Counted from the stretch's first letter, positions 1-9,815 are shown. The stretch: 64,000 bases of DNA from an uncultured Veillonellaceae bacterium (GCA_963805085.1 CAWDTA010000005.1:160001-224000); one strand, 5' to 3'. Translations and numbers: made by a program. The notes: a model not told the origin generated them from the letters alone.

Positions 1-98
1 TGTTCTTCTATTTCATATTCTGATTTATTTAGCATGGCGGCTAGTTCTTCCACCGGTCTTTTTGCATCATGTTCTAATAATTCCAGTAGTTCTCTCAT
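1..98 (-). CDS. Lrp/AsnC-family transcriptional regulator (AlaR/YugG-like), 5' part only
   Basis: Minus strand: SD GGAGTG, then ATG at 98 giving MRELLELLEHDAKRPVEELAAMLNKSEYEIEE, an AsnC-type HTH N-terminus. Runs off the window edge. Confidence 0.75.
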   Translation of the reverse strand, partial: MRELLELLEHDAKRPVEELAAMLNKSEYEIEE

Positions 99-132
99 AG
101 ATTTCACTCCTAAAAAATTTTTTTTTTGCAAT

Positions 133-365
133 AAAAAAAGTCCTCCATCCTTAAAATAAGGACGAGAACTATTCCCGCGGTACCACCTTGATTAGCATAA
201 AGCTCACTTGATGTACCGTTAACGCCGGTAATACGGTATAGCCTACTTAAAGTTTGTTCGGCTTACGGCTCATGGGTAGCTTTCTAAAAACATTCTTACC
301 GATTTACAGCACCATCGGCTCTCTGAAAAGAATTTCATTTTTATACTTATCCAATCATTGCTTAT
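133..365 (-). promoter_or_regulatory. T-box riboswitch, probable alanine specificity
   Basis: Minus strand shows AGAGA and GGTGCTG stem-I motifs, specifier region GAAA-GCT-A (GCT at 280-278), T-box AAGGTGGTACCGCG (189-176) and a terminator ending in a T-run at 170-133. Confidence 0.9.
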
Positions 366-502
366 ATTGATATATTTGTATAAAATAATAACATAGGCTA
401 AAAGAAGAATGCAATAATAATTTTAAAATTATTATAAAATATTATAAATTATTATTCCTACGCCTACTACATAAATAAAATTTATATAAGGGGTTGTTTT
501 TG

Positions 503-982
503 ATGATCGTTGGACATATTGATAATGTAAACCAAGAACTATGTAACTTTCCTGAAGCTATCAAAAAAGCATTGGCTTTTTTACAGGAGAATGATTGTGC
601 AAATTTAAAACCTGGCAAATATGCAATCAATGGCGATGATATTTTCGCTATGGTACAAAGTTATGTAACGAAAGATAAAAAAGATTGCCGTGCAGAAACT
701 CATGCAAAATATTTAGATATACAATTTTTAGCAAAAGGACAAGAAAGTATGGGACAATGTGCATACAGTCCTTCACTTGAAGTTGAAGAAGATTGTTTGG
801 CAGAACGTGATGCGCGTTTCTACAAAAATTTGCCTGCAGAAAACCAAGTGATCTTGGCGAATGGAACTTATGCAATATTATATCCAACTGATGTACATCG
901 TCCATGTTGTGCAATCGATCAGCCAACGGATGTAGTAAAAATTGTAATTAAAATAAGCGTAAAATCGCTAAAAATGGCATAA
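503..982 (+). CDS. YhcH/YjgK/YiaL (DUF386) family protein
   Basis: Motifs ETHAKYLDIQF and YPTDVHRP. Start moved to ATG 503 (TTG 500 also possible) after SD TAAGGG. Confidence 0.85.
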   Translation: MIVGHIDNVNQELCNFPEAIKKALAFLQENDCANLKPGKYAINGDDIFAMVQSYVTKDKKDCRAETHAKYLDIQFLAKGQESMGQCAYSPSLEVEEDCLAERDARFYKNLPAENQVILANGTYAILYPTDVHRPCCAIDQPTDVVKIVIKISVKSLKMA

Positions 983-1101
983 TTTGTAGGTGGTTCATAT
1001 AAAAATCATCAGAATGAAGAAATAAAAAGGTTTTAAGCGGTTTTTGTAGAATAGTAACTGAGCTATTTCTACTTCGGTAGTTAATTTAAAAAGTAAGGTG
1101 G

Positions 1102-1890
1102 ATGAGATTGGATACTAGAAACAAATTAAAACTTTATGGATTTAACAATTTAACAAAAACATTAAGCTTTAACATGTATGATATCTGTTATGCAAAAACA
1201 GCAGAGCATAAAAAAGCATATATTGAGTATATTGACGAAGAATATAATGCAGAACGACTTACCAATATTTTAACAGAAGTTGCGCATATTATTGGTGCCA
1301 ATATTTTAAATATTGCTAAGCAAGATTATGAGCCACAAGGTGCAAGTGTAACGATGCTGATTTCAGAAGAACCTATTGAACCAGTATCCGATGCAGTGGT
1401 ATGTCATTTAGATAAAAGTCATATAACAGTGCATACGTATCCAGAGAGTCATCCTGACCAAGGAATTACTACTTTTCGTGCTGACATTGATGTTTCTACT
1501 TGTGGCATGATATCACCGCTTAAAGCGCTTAATTATTTATTAAACTCTTTCTGCTCAGATATTGCTATGGTTGATTATAGAGTGAGAGGTTTTACTCGTG
1601 ATGTGAATGGTAAAAAATGTTTTATCGATCACAAAATCAATTCGATTCAAAATTATATTGAGCCTAAAATTAGAAATCAATATCAAATGATTGATGTAAA
1701 TGTTTATCAAGAACACATTTTCCATACTAAAATGTTACTCAGAGAATTTGATTTGGATAATTATCTTTTTGGTACGCCGAAAAATGAATTAATGATTGGT
1801 GAGAAGAAGAAAATTAAACAGCGTCTTAAAAAAGAAATGGCAGAAATTTTCTATGGACGTAACATCCCAAGAGTAAAAGGGAATTTGTAA
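1102..1890 (+). CDS. speD: S-adenosylmethionine decarboxylase proenzyme, long E. coli type
   Basis: [24 protein letters not shown], cleavage motif [23 protein letters not shown]. Confidence 0.95.
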   Translation: MRLDTRNKLKLYGFNNLTKTLSFNMYDICYAKTAEHKKAYIEYIDEEYNAERLTNILTEVAHIIGANILNIAKQDYEPQGASVTMLISEEPIEPVSDAVVCHLDKSHITVHTYPESHPDQGITTFRADIDVSTCGMISPLKALNYLLNSFCSDIAMVDYRVRGFTRDVNGKKCFIDHKINSIQNYIEPKIRNQYQMIDVNVYQEHIFHTKMLLREFDLDNYLFGTPKNELMIGEKKKIKQRLKKEMAEIFYGRNIPRVKGNL

Positions 1891-1896
1891 AATAAG

Positions 1897-1983
1897 ACTT
1901 AGTTTCTGGTGAAGATTATTTTCACTAGAAACTAAGTTACATTTGTTTCATAGACAAACCATTTTTAGAGTGAAATGGTTTGT
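1897..1983 (+). terminator. Two tandem hairpins after speD
   Basis: ACTTAGTTTCTGGTGAA/TTCACTAGAAACTAAGT (1897-1937) and ACAAACCATTT/AAATGGTTTGT (1954-1983). Confidence 0.6.
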
Positions 1984-2031
1984 TTATAAAATAAATTTAA
2001 GGAAATGTTAAGATATATTGGAGGATGGAAA

Positions 2032-5000
2032 ATGAGCGTAAAAAGAATTTATGTAGAAAAGCGCCAAGGTTTTTTTGATATACCAGCCCAAGCACTATGT
2101 GCCGATTTGGTGGAGAGCTTTGGCTTAGAAAAACTGAAGGCAGTACGCATTATCAATCGTTATGATATGGAAGGGCTTAGTGATGAAGAGTATGCTTCTG
2201 CTCGTAATATCGTTTTTTCTGAACCAACGGTTGATGTAGTCTATGATGAAGCGTTACCTAATTTCCCTAATTCTCGTTTGTTTGCCATAGAATTTTTACC
2301 TGGTCAATACGATCAAACCGCTGATTCGGCCGCACAATGCGTGCAATTATTGACACAAAAGGAACGTCCGGTTATTACAACTGCTCGTATTATTGTGTTG
2401 GTTGGTGAAGTGACCGAGGAAGAGTTTGATAAAATCAAAAATTATTGCATCAACGAAGTGGAGAGTCGTCAGGCATCACTTGAAAAACCTGCAACCTTAA
2501 ACTTAGTAGCCGAAATTCCTAAAGATGTGGCTGTTTTAGCTGGTTTTATTCATAAAACAGAGGCCCAGTTACAAGTGTTTATGGACGAACAAGGCTTTGC
2601 GATGAGCCTTGAAGATTTGAAATTCTGCCAAACTTATTTTAGAGATACAGAAAAACGTGATCCTAGTATTACGGAAATTAAAGTGATTGATACGTATTGG
2701 TCCGATCATTGTCGACATACGACTTTTATGACCAAAGTAGAAGCTGTTGATATTGAGGATGGTTATTTCGCCGAACCAATCAAAGCTGCTTACAAAGCTT
2801 ATTTAGATGACCGTAAGCTTGTTTATGGTGATAATGAACGCGATGTTACCTTAATGGATATCGCTGTTATTGGAATGAAACAACTTAGAAAGCTTGGTAA
2901 ATTGGAAGATTTAGACGTATCAGAAGAAATCAATGCTTGTAGCATTGTAGTCAATGCTGATATTGATGGTAAAAATGAAGAATGGTTGGTCATGTTTAAA
3001 AATGAAACGCATAACCATCCAACTGAAATTGAACCATTTGGTGGTGCGGCTACTTGTCTTGGTGGAGCCATTCGCGATCCACTTTCTGGTCGTTCTTATG
3101 TATATCAGGCAATGCGTGTTACTGGGGCCGCAGATCCGCGGACAAGTGTCGCTGATACAATGCCAGGTAAGTTACCACAAAAGAAAATTACACTAGGTGC
3201 AGCCAATGGCTATAGCTCTTATGGCAATCAAATTGGACTAGCGACAGGACAAGTGACGGAAGTCTATCATAAAAATTTTGTTGCAAAGCGTATGGAAGTT
3301 GGTGCGGTTATGGCTGCAGCACCAAAATGCAATGTGGTACGTGAAGTGCCAGCAGTTGGTGATATTATTATTTTAGTTGGTGGTAAAACTGGTCGTGACG
3401 GTTGTGGTGGAGCAACTGGTTCATCGAAAGAGCATACTGAAGAATCTCTTGCAAGCTGCGGGGCAGAAGTACAAAAAGGGAATGCACCAACCGAACGTAA
3501 AATTCAACGGCTATTTAGAAATTCAGCGGTTAGTAGAATGATCAAACGTTGTAATGATTTTGGTGCTGGTGGCGTTTCTGTAGCCATTGGTGAATTAACA
3601 GATGGACTTGAAATCAACCTTGATGCAGTTCCGAAAAAATACGAAGGCCTAGACGGTACAGAGCTGGCGATTTCCGAATCACAAGAACGTATGGCAGTTG
3701 TGATAAAAAAACAAGATGTTGCAGCTTTTATTAAATATGCTGATGAAGAAAATTTGGAAGCAACTGAAGTAGCAGCTGTGACTGGTGATGAAAGACTGAA
3801 AATGTTCTGGCGCGGCAGGGATATTGTAAATCTTAGTCGTGAATTTTTAAATACCAATGGTGTTAAACAAATTATTTCCGTTAAAGTAGAAGTGCCAAGC
3901 ACTGACACGAACTATCTACAGCGGATGCCAGAGGTGATTGAAGATAATTTAACTGATTTAGAACAAGCTTGGCTTGCCAACCTTGCGCAGTTAAATGTAT
4001 GCAGTCAAAAAGGTTTGGTAGAACGCTTTGATTCGACGATTGGTGCTGGTACGGTATTAATGCCATTCGGTGGTAAATATCAAAAAACTCCAGCCGAAGG
4101 TATGGTTGCAAAATTACCAGTACTCAATGGTGATACGAACACCGCAACTGCAATGACCTTTGGTTTTAATCCACACTTAATGGAATGGAGTCCGTTCCAT
4201 GGTGCAGTCTATGCCATTGTTGAATCCGTAGCAAAGATTGTTGCCCTAGGCGGTAACTATGCTAGCATTCGTCTTACTTTGCAAGAGTACTTTGAAAAAT
4301 TAGGCACAGACAGCGTCAAATGGGGCAAGCCATTCAGTGCGTTGCTTGGTGCATTACATGCGCAACATGGTTTTGATATTCCGGCGATTGGTGGCAAAGA
4401 CAGTATGTCAGGTACGTTCAAAGATATTAATGTACCACCATCGTTAGTAGCATTTGCTGTTGATGTGATTAAAGCAGATAAAGCCGTTTCCCCAGAATTT
4501 AAACGAATCAAGAGTGAAGTTGTCGTTGTTCCAGCTGTGCGTGATCAATATGATTTACCTGATTTTACAGCACTTAGGCGGAACTTTAGCAAAATCAGCA
4601 ATATGATGCAAGACGGTAAAATATTTGCTGCGCATAGTGTGCGCGTTGGCGGTATAGCAGCAGCAGTTAGTAAAATGACATTTGGTAATGAAATTGGTTT
4701 TAAGTTTTCAGAGAAAATCACTGCCAAAGAATTATTTATGAGCGATTATGGTACCATCATATTAGAAGTTGCACCAGGGACAAACTTAGATGGGTATTTA
4801 GAAGCTACCAATTACTATGAATTAGGTGTAACGACAGAAAAGCCAAATATTATCTTTGGTGATGCCATTGTTAGTATTGCAAAAGCAGAAAAAGCATTTG
4901 ATGGAACATTAGAAAGGATTTTTGCTACAAAAACCAAAGAAGTTAGCAAAAAAATTGGACTAGTTCCTTATACAGCAAATAATAAAATTATTGCTACTTC

Positions 5001-5808
5001 AAGTTATGCGAAACCAAGAATTTTCATCCCAGTATTCCCAGGTACGAACTGCGAATATGATTCTGCCAAAGCATTTGAATGCGTTGGTGGAGCTCCTCAA
5101 ACATTGGTCATTAGAAATTTAACCCCGCAGGCAGTTGAAGAATCTGTAGAGGCCATTGTAAAAGGGATAAACCAAGCACAAATTATGATGTTACCTGGTG
5201 GATTTAGTGCAGGGGATGAACCAGATGGTTCTGGTAAATTTATTGCAGCAATGTTTAGAAATCCACGGATTAAAGAAGCTGTAATTAAATTACTAAAACA
5301 ACGTGATGGCTTAATTCTTGGGGTATGTAATGGTTTCCAAGCATTAATTAAATTGGGCTTGGTTCCATATGGTGAAATTACAGATTTAACGATTGATAGT
5401 CCAACCTTAACGCATAATCATATCGGTCGCCATATATCTTGTATGGTGGAAACGAAAGTCGTTTCGAATCTTTCCCCTTGGTTTAACAATGTAAAAGTTG
5501 GCGATGTGCATAGTATTGCAATGTCTCATGGGGAAGGTCGTTTTGTCGCCGGCAGTGAGGTGGTTGCTAAATTACGGTCAAAAGGACAAATTGCTACGCA
5601 ATATGTTGACTTTGCTGGTAATCCATCGCTAAATATTCCATTCAATCCAAATGGCTCGGTAGAAGCGATTGAAGGTATCACCAGTCCTGATGGTCGCGTA
5701 TTAGGTAAAATGGGTCACTCAGAACGTATGGGAACATCGGTAGGGAGTAATGTTCCTGGTAACAAAGACCAACAAATCTTTGCTGCTGGTATTCGATACT
5801 ATAAATAA
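2032..5808 (+). CDS. purL: Phosphoribosylformylglycinamidine synthase, large fused form with glutaminase domain
   Basis: YWSDHCRH, KNETHNHPTEIEPFGGAATCLGG, FPGTNCE, GVCNGFQ, MGHSER. ATG 2032 follows GGAGG. Confidence 0.97.
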   Translation: MSVKRIYVEKRQGFFDIPAQALCADLVESFGLEKLKAVRIINRYDMEGLSDEEYASARNIVFSEPTVDVVYDEALPNFPNSRLFAIEFLPGQYDQTADSAAQCVQLLTQKERPVITTARIIVLVGEVTEEEFDKIKNYCINEVESRQASLEKPATLNLVAEIPKDVAVLAGFIHKTEAQLQVFMDEQGFAMSLEDLKFCQTYFRDTEKRDPSITEIKVIDTYWSDHCRHTTFMTKVEAVDIEDGYFAEPIKAAYKAYLDDRKLVYGDNERDVTLMDIAVIGMKQLRKLGKLEDLDVSEEINACSIVVNADIDGKNEEWLVMFKNETHNHPTEIEPFGGAATCLGGAIRDPLSGRSYVYQAMRVTGAADPRTSVADTMPGKLPQKKITLGAANGYSSYGNQIGLATGQVTEVYHKNFVAKRMEVGAVMAAAPKCNVVREVPAVGDIIILVGGKTGRDGCGGATGSSKEHTEESLASCGAEVQKGNAPTERKIQRLFRNSAVSRMIKRCNDFGAGGVSVAIGELTDGLEINLDAVPKKYEGLDGTELAISESQERMAVVIKKQDVAAFIKYADEENLEATEVAAVTGDERLKMFWRGRDIVNLSREFLNTNGVKQIISVKVEVPSTDTNYLQRMPEVIEDNLTDLEQAWLANLAQLNVCSQKGLVERFDSTIGAGTVLMPFGGKYQKTPAEGMVAKLPVLNGDTNTATAMTFGFNPHLMEWSPFHGAVYAIVESVAKIVALGGNYASIRLTLQEYFEKLGTDSVKWGKPFSALLGALHAQHGFDIPAIGGKDSMSGTFKDINVPPSLVAFAVDVIKADKAVSPEFKRIKSEVVVVPAVRDQYDLPDFTALRRNFSKISNMMQDGKIFAAHSVRVGGIAAAVSKMTFGNEIGFKFSEKITAKELFMSDYGTIILEVAPGTNLDGYLEATNYYELGVTTEKPNIIFGDAIVSIAKAEKAFDGTLERIFATKTKEVSKKIGLVPYTANNKIIATSSYAKPRIFIPVFPGTNCEYDSAKAFECVGGAPQTLVIRNLTPQAVEESVEAIVKGINQAQIMMLPGGFSAGDEPDGSGKFIAAMFRNPRIKEAVIKLLKQRDGLILGVCNGFQALIKLGLVPYGEITDLTIDSPTLTHNHIGRHISCMVETKVVSNLSPWFNNVKVGDVHSIAMSHGEGRFVAGSEVVAKLRSKGQIATQYVDFAGNPSLNIPFNPNGSVEAIEGITSPDGRVLGKMGHSERMGTSVGSNVPGNKDQQIFAAGIRYYK

Positions 5809-5868
5809 AAAATAAATGAAACCACTTGCTATCGTTTATACTATAGTGAGTGGTTTCATTTTATTTTT
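5808..5868 (+). terminator. Intrinsic terminator after purL
   Basis: AAATGAAACCACTTGCTAT...ATAGTGAGTGGTTTCATTT followed by a T-rich tail. Confidence 0.75.
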
Positions 5869-5951
5869 AAATATTCCCGACTAATCCGATAAAATTTATC
5901 GGAATTGATTGTATTCATTAAATTTTATTGTTATAATATTGACTCAGGGGA

Positions 5952-6857
5952 GTGATTTATATTAATTTTCAATTATTAGAAAAAAAAGATAAAGTTATTT
6001 TTGATAAATTTTTTAAAAATAGATATTATGAAAATTCGCATTCTAATTTTACAAATTTATTTATGTGGCGTAATGCTTACCAAATTATGTGGACGATTGA
6101 GGATGAAGTACTTTATTTAAAAGCCACTTGGGAAGATGAAGAATTTGCTTTGCAACCGTTTGGCCCAGAAGAAAAAATGCAACAAGCGATTGCAACTTGG
6201 CTAGCCTATTTTAAAGAGCAAAAGAAACCTTTTTTCATGTATGGTATAGAAAAATCAATGGTACTACAATTGGAACAATATCGTGATGTGGGATTTGAGA
6301 TTGAAGAGGACCGCGATAATTTTGATTATGTCTATTTTAGTGAAGATTTAATCCAGTTAGCGGGACGTAAATATCACTCGAAGAAAAATCATTTAAATAG
6401 CTTTAAGAAAAGTTATCCAGAAGCTGAATACAAACCAATTACGGAAGAGCTGATTACACAATGTAAACTCAATATCAATGGCTGGTATAAAAAACATGGT
6501 ACGTTTGATGATCCAATTTTGACGACAGAACGCAATGCAATCATCGAAGTGCTAAATAATTTTGAATATCTCAATTTGCAAGGTGGGGCACTGATCCTTG
6601 ATCATCGCGTCGTTGCGTTTACCTTTGGTGAAGAGCTAAATACCGATACTGCAGTTATTCACGTAGAAAAAGCAGATCCCGAGATTAGAGGGGCCTATTC
6701 TGCGATTAACCAAGGCTTTGTTGAAGCTGCTTGGCCTCATTTAACTTATATCAATAGAGAAGAGGATATGGGCTTAGAAGGACTTAGAAAAGCAAAAACA
6801 AGTTATAAACCAGTAAAAATGATTGAAAAGTTTAACATAAAAGCAAAGTCCGTGTAA
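5952..6857 (+). CDS. DUF2156 / phosphatidylglycerol lysyltransferase-domain (GNAT-like) protein
   Basis: RDNFDYVY, LAGRKYHSKKNH, VIHVEKA, YINREEDMGLEGLRKAKTSYKP. Preceded by promoter TTGTAT-17-TATAAT (5909-5937). Confidence 0.85.
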   Translation: MIYINFQLLEKKDKVIFDKFFKNRYYENSHSNFTNLFMWRNAYQIMWTIEDEVLYLKATWEDEEFALQPFGPEEKMQQAIATWLAYFKEQKKPFFMYGIEKSMVLQLEQYRDVGFEIEEDRDNFDYVYFSEDLIQLAGRKYHSKKNHLNSFKKSYPEAEYKPITEELITQCKLNINGWYKKHGTFDDPILTTERNAIIEVLNNFEYLNLQGGALILDHRVVAFTFGEELNTDTAVIHVEKADPEIRGAYSAINQGFVEAAWPHLTYINREEDMGLEGLRKAKTSYKPVKMIEKFNIKAKSV

Positions 6858-6964
6858 TCGTCGCTTTTTGTTGAACTGATCTGCCAATGGCATCCTTTGG
6901 TTTTATTTTAAACATATCTTAAAATTTTTGCATTTTTATTATTTTTGTTGCATATACTACGAAT

Positions 6965-7075
6965 GGAAAGCGAGCGGAGCTTTCCAGAACAAGGCGCCGT
7001 AGATTTATTTTAAGTAGATAAATCGCGGCGCTACGGATTTATAAGGACTGCCTAAAAACGGTGGTTCTTTTTTTA
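6965..7075 (+). ncRNA. Candidate small RNA (two hairpins plus a terminator)
   Basis: GC-rich island in an AT-rich spacer. Stems TGGAAAGC/GCTTTCCA and GCGCCG..GATTTAT/ATAAATC..CGGCGC; terminator AAGGACTGCC/GGTGGTTCTT plus T-run; sporulation-type promoter at 6930-6959. Confidence 0.5.
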
Positions 7076-7222
7076 TTGGACAGAAACGATTATCTTGTCT
7101 TAAAATGGCAATCATAATGCCATATTGTAGAAAAATCTGTAGAATATAAAAATTAAATATTTTATATTATTGGCAACACCGAGTCATTACGCTATAATAT
7201 CTATATGTTATAGAGGAGTTTT

Positions 7223-7669
7223 TTGATGAATAAAGTATTAGTCACAGTTGTTGGCTTACAAAAGGATGGATTTGGTGAAGAAAATTGCATTGAATTGATC
7301 TCTGTTGGTAAGCATTATTATAAGCATGGCATTCATTATATTTTATATGAAGATAGCGAAGTCAGTGGGATGGATGGCACGACGACATTGCTAAAAATTG
7401 CTACGGATCAAGTTACTTTAATCCGCAAAGGGCAAGTGATGCAAGAGCAACATTTTGAATTATTAAAAAGAAGCTCAAGTGTATATACTACTCCTTATGG
7501 TAATTTAACTTTATCTATTTTAACGAAAAAGTTAGAAATTGCATATGGAGAAGTTTTTGGTAATCTTGATATCGAATATGAGTTATCAGTCGATGGTAAG
7601 TGGCAAAGTGACAATCAGTTACATATAAAAGTTTGTGCTGATGGGGTAACTTGTAGTAATATTAATTAG
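7223..7669 (+). CDS. DUF1934 (YwiB-like) beta-barrel protein
   Basis: Family-like YxE...GTTT..K and YxTPYG motifs; conserved position upstream of argS. Confidence 0.85.
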   Translation: MMNKVLVTVVGLQKDGFGEENCIELISVGKHYYKHGIHYILYEDSEVSGMDGTTTLLKIATDQVTLIRKGQVMQEQHFELLKRSSSVYTTPYGNLTLSILTKKLEIAYGEVFGNLDIEYELSVDGKWQSDNQLHIKVCADGVTCSNIN

Positions 7670-7699
7670 ATAAGCATTTTTAATCAGGAGGATCGGGTT

Positions 7700-9358
7700 T
7701 TGGATATTAAAAATTTATTGAATCATGCAATATATGATGCCGCACAGCAGGCAATTGCTGATGGGGCATTTAATGCTGAAACGTTACCACAAATTATTTT
7801 AGAAGTGCCACCACAAAAAGAGTTTGGTGATTATGCAACAAACTTTGCACTTCAAGCAGCAAAGGCAGCAAGGACGAAACCAAGAACGATTGCAGAAGCG
7901 ATTGTGAAACGGTTAAAAGAAGATTGGTTAGAAAAAGCTGAAATTGCAGGACCTGGATTTATTAATTTTTATTTAAAAGCGGATGTCATTTATGATAAAT
8001 TGGCGGCAATCATTGCGGTTGGTGAAAATTATGGCACATTAGATAAAAAACAAGGTGAGAAAATCCAACTTGAGTATGTAAGTGCGAATCCAACGGGGCC
8101 TCTTCATGTAGGGCATGGTAGAGGGGCAGCTGTTGGTAGCGCTTTAGTTAATTTAATGCGTGCGGCAGGTTATGATGTACAAAGTGAATATTATATCAAT
8201 GATGCTGGAAATCAAATAGACAATCTAGCAGCTTCGGTGAATGTCCGCTATTTAGAATTGCTTGGTCAAACTGTAGAATTTCCTGAGAATGGCTATCATG
8301 GTCAAGATATTGTTGCGACTGCCCAAAGAATCGTTGATGGGCATGGCGATAAGTACTTGAAGATGGATTCTAGTGAACGTTTAAACTTATTTAAGGAATT
8401 GGCTTTGCAAGAAAAATTAGCAGCTTTAAAAGAAGATTTAGCGGCATTTAACGTGCATTTTGATGTATGGTTCAGCGAACGTACCTTACACCAAGCGAAT
8501 GCAATCCAAGAAACTTGTGATTTTTTGCTTGGTAATGGTAATATCTATAAAAAAGATGGCGCTTTATGGTTAAAATCTACTGCGTATGGTGATGACAAAG
8601 ATCGTGTTGTTATTCGTGATAATGGTGTGCCTACGTATCTTGCCGCTGATATTGCATATCATCGCAATAAATTAGAACGTGGTTTTAGCACCCTCATTAA
8701 TATTTGGGGTGCTGACCATCATGGCTATATTTGCCGCGTAAAGGCAGCGATTGAAGCTATGGGATATGAAGGAGAGGCATTAGAGGTACTCATTTTGCAA
8801 ATGGTCAGTTTGTATCAAAATGGCGAGCTGGTTAAAATGTCAAAACGTACGGGGCAAAGTGTTACGTTATCAGAATTAATTGAAGAGGTTGGCACAGATG
8901 CAGCAAGATTCTTCTTTATCATGCGTTCTATTGATAGCCAACTTGATTTCGATCTAGATTTAGCTAAATCGAAATCGAATGAAAATCCAGTGTATTATAT
9001 TCAATACGCCCATGCACGGATTTGCAGTATTTTTAGACAGGCAGAAGAAGCTGGTTTGAACATAGCGGCGAAACCGGACCTTACACGCTTAAGCATGCCG
9101 GCTGAAATTGATTTGATTAAGAAAATGGCTGATTATGAAGATGAAATCGCTTATGCAGCGAAGGAACGCGCACCACATCGGATTGCCCGTTATGTGCATG
9201 AGCTTGCTGGTGCATTCCATAGTTTTTATAATCAATGTCGGATTATGGGGGTAGAACCAGAGATTGCGGAGGCGAGACTCGTGTTGGTTGGTGCAGTAAG
9301 AAACACCATTCGTCATGCACTGACTATTTTAGGAGTAAGTGCACCAGAAAAAATGTAA
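7700..9358 (+). CDS. argS: Arginine--tRNA ligase
   Basis: EYVSANPTGPLHVGHGRGA (HIGH), KMSKR, YYIQYAHARICS, C-terminal APEKM. Confidence 0.98.
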   Translation: MDIKNLLNHAIYDAAQQAIADGAFNAETLPQIILEVPPQKEFGDYATNFALQAAKAARTKPRTIAEAIVKRLKEDWLEKAEIAGPGFINFYLKADVIYDKLAAIIAVGENYGTLDKKQGEKIQLEYVSANPTGPLHVGHGRGAAVGSALVNLMRAAGYDVQSEYYINDAGNQIDNLAASVNVRYLELLGQTVEFPENGYHGQDIVATAQRIVDGHGDKYLKMDSSERLNLFKELALQEKLAALKEDLAAFNVHFDVWFSERTLHQANAIQETCDFLLGNGNIYKKDGALWLKSTAYGDDKDRVVIRDNGVPTYLAADIAYHRNKLERGFSTLINIWGADHHGYICRVKAAIEAMGYEGEALEVLILQMVSLYQNGELVKMSKRTGQSVTLSELIEEVGTDAARFFFIMRSIDSQLDFDLDLAKSKSNENPVYYIQYAHARICSIFRQAEEAGLNIAAKPDLTRLSMPAEIDLIKKMADYEDEIAYAAKERAPHRIARYVHELAGAFHSFYNQCRIMGVEPEIAEARLVLVGAVRNTIRHALTILGVSAPEKM

Positions 9359-9452
9359 TAAGTTGATTCGAATAGCATAGTGCGATGGATGCACTGACTG
9401 GTTTGGATTCTGATAGTATAGTTTTGTTTTAAATATGAGGGGAGATTTTATT

Positions 9453-9815
9453 TTGGATTTTACACAACAATTAGAGGTTGATATTGCATATTTTATTTTA
9501 ACGAAATCAGGGGAACCGATTTATTTTAAAGATTTGATCATGGATGTTATTGATAAAAAACATAAACCAGTACAATCTTTATCGAAAGCGATTTCTGAAG
9601 TATATACATTACTTAATATGGACAGCCGCTTTCATCACATGGGTAAAGGCGTATGGGGCTTAACAGAATGGGTACCACAAGAAGTGAAGCGTACGCATGC
9701 GGTAGCGACAACAACAACAAAAGCAGCGAAGAAACCAACTTCAAAACGGCGGGAAAAATTATTAGAAGAAATCCAAGAGCATGATACAATTGTGAAACCT
9801 AGTGACAACGAATAG
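9453..9815 (+). CDS. rpoE: RNA polymerase delta subunit, short C-tail
   Basis: VYTLLNMDSRFHHMGKGVWGLTEW matches the delta/HARE-HTH core; argS-rpoE-pyrG synteny; TTG start after GAGGGG. Confidence 0.8.
   Translation: MDFTQQLEVDIAYFILTKSGEPIYFKDLIMDVIDKKHKPVQSLSKAISEVYTLLNMDSRFHHMGKGVWGLTEWVPQEVKRTHAVATTTTKAAKKPTSKRREKLLEEIQEHDTIVKPSDNE

Noticed and set aside
1890-2031. Possible purine riboswitch or PurR box before purL
   Set aside because: Only two simple hairpins; no purine aptamer core or clear PurBox seen.
5868-5892. Sigma-D-like promoter TAAA..TCCGATAA (similar case at 44102-44126)
   Set aside because: Spacer is 13 bp rather than about 15-16; at 5885 the palindrome explains the sequence better.
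6963-7013. 16-codon ORF MESERSFPEQGAVDLF inside the candidate sRNA
   Set aside because: No SD, and the ATG lies at or just before the predicted +1. Not supportable as a leader peptide.
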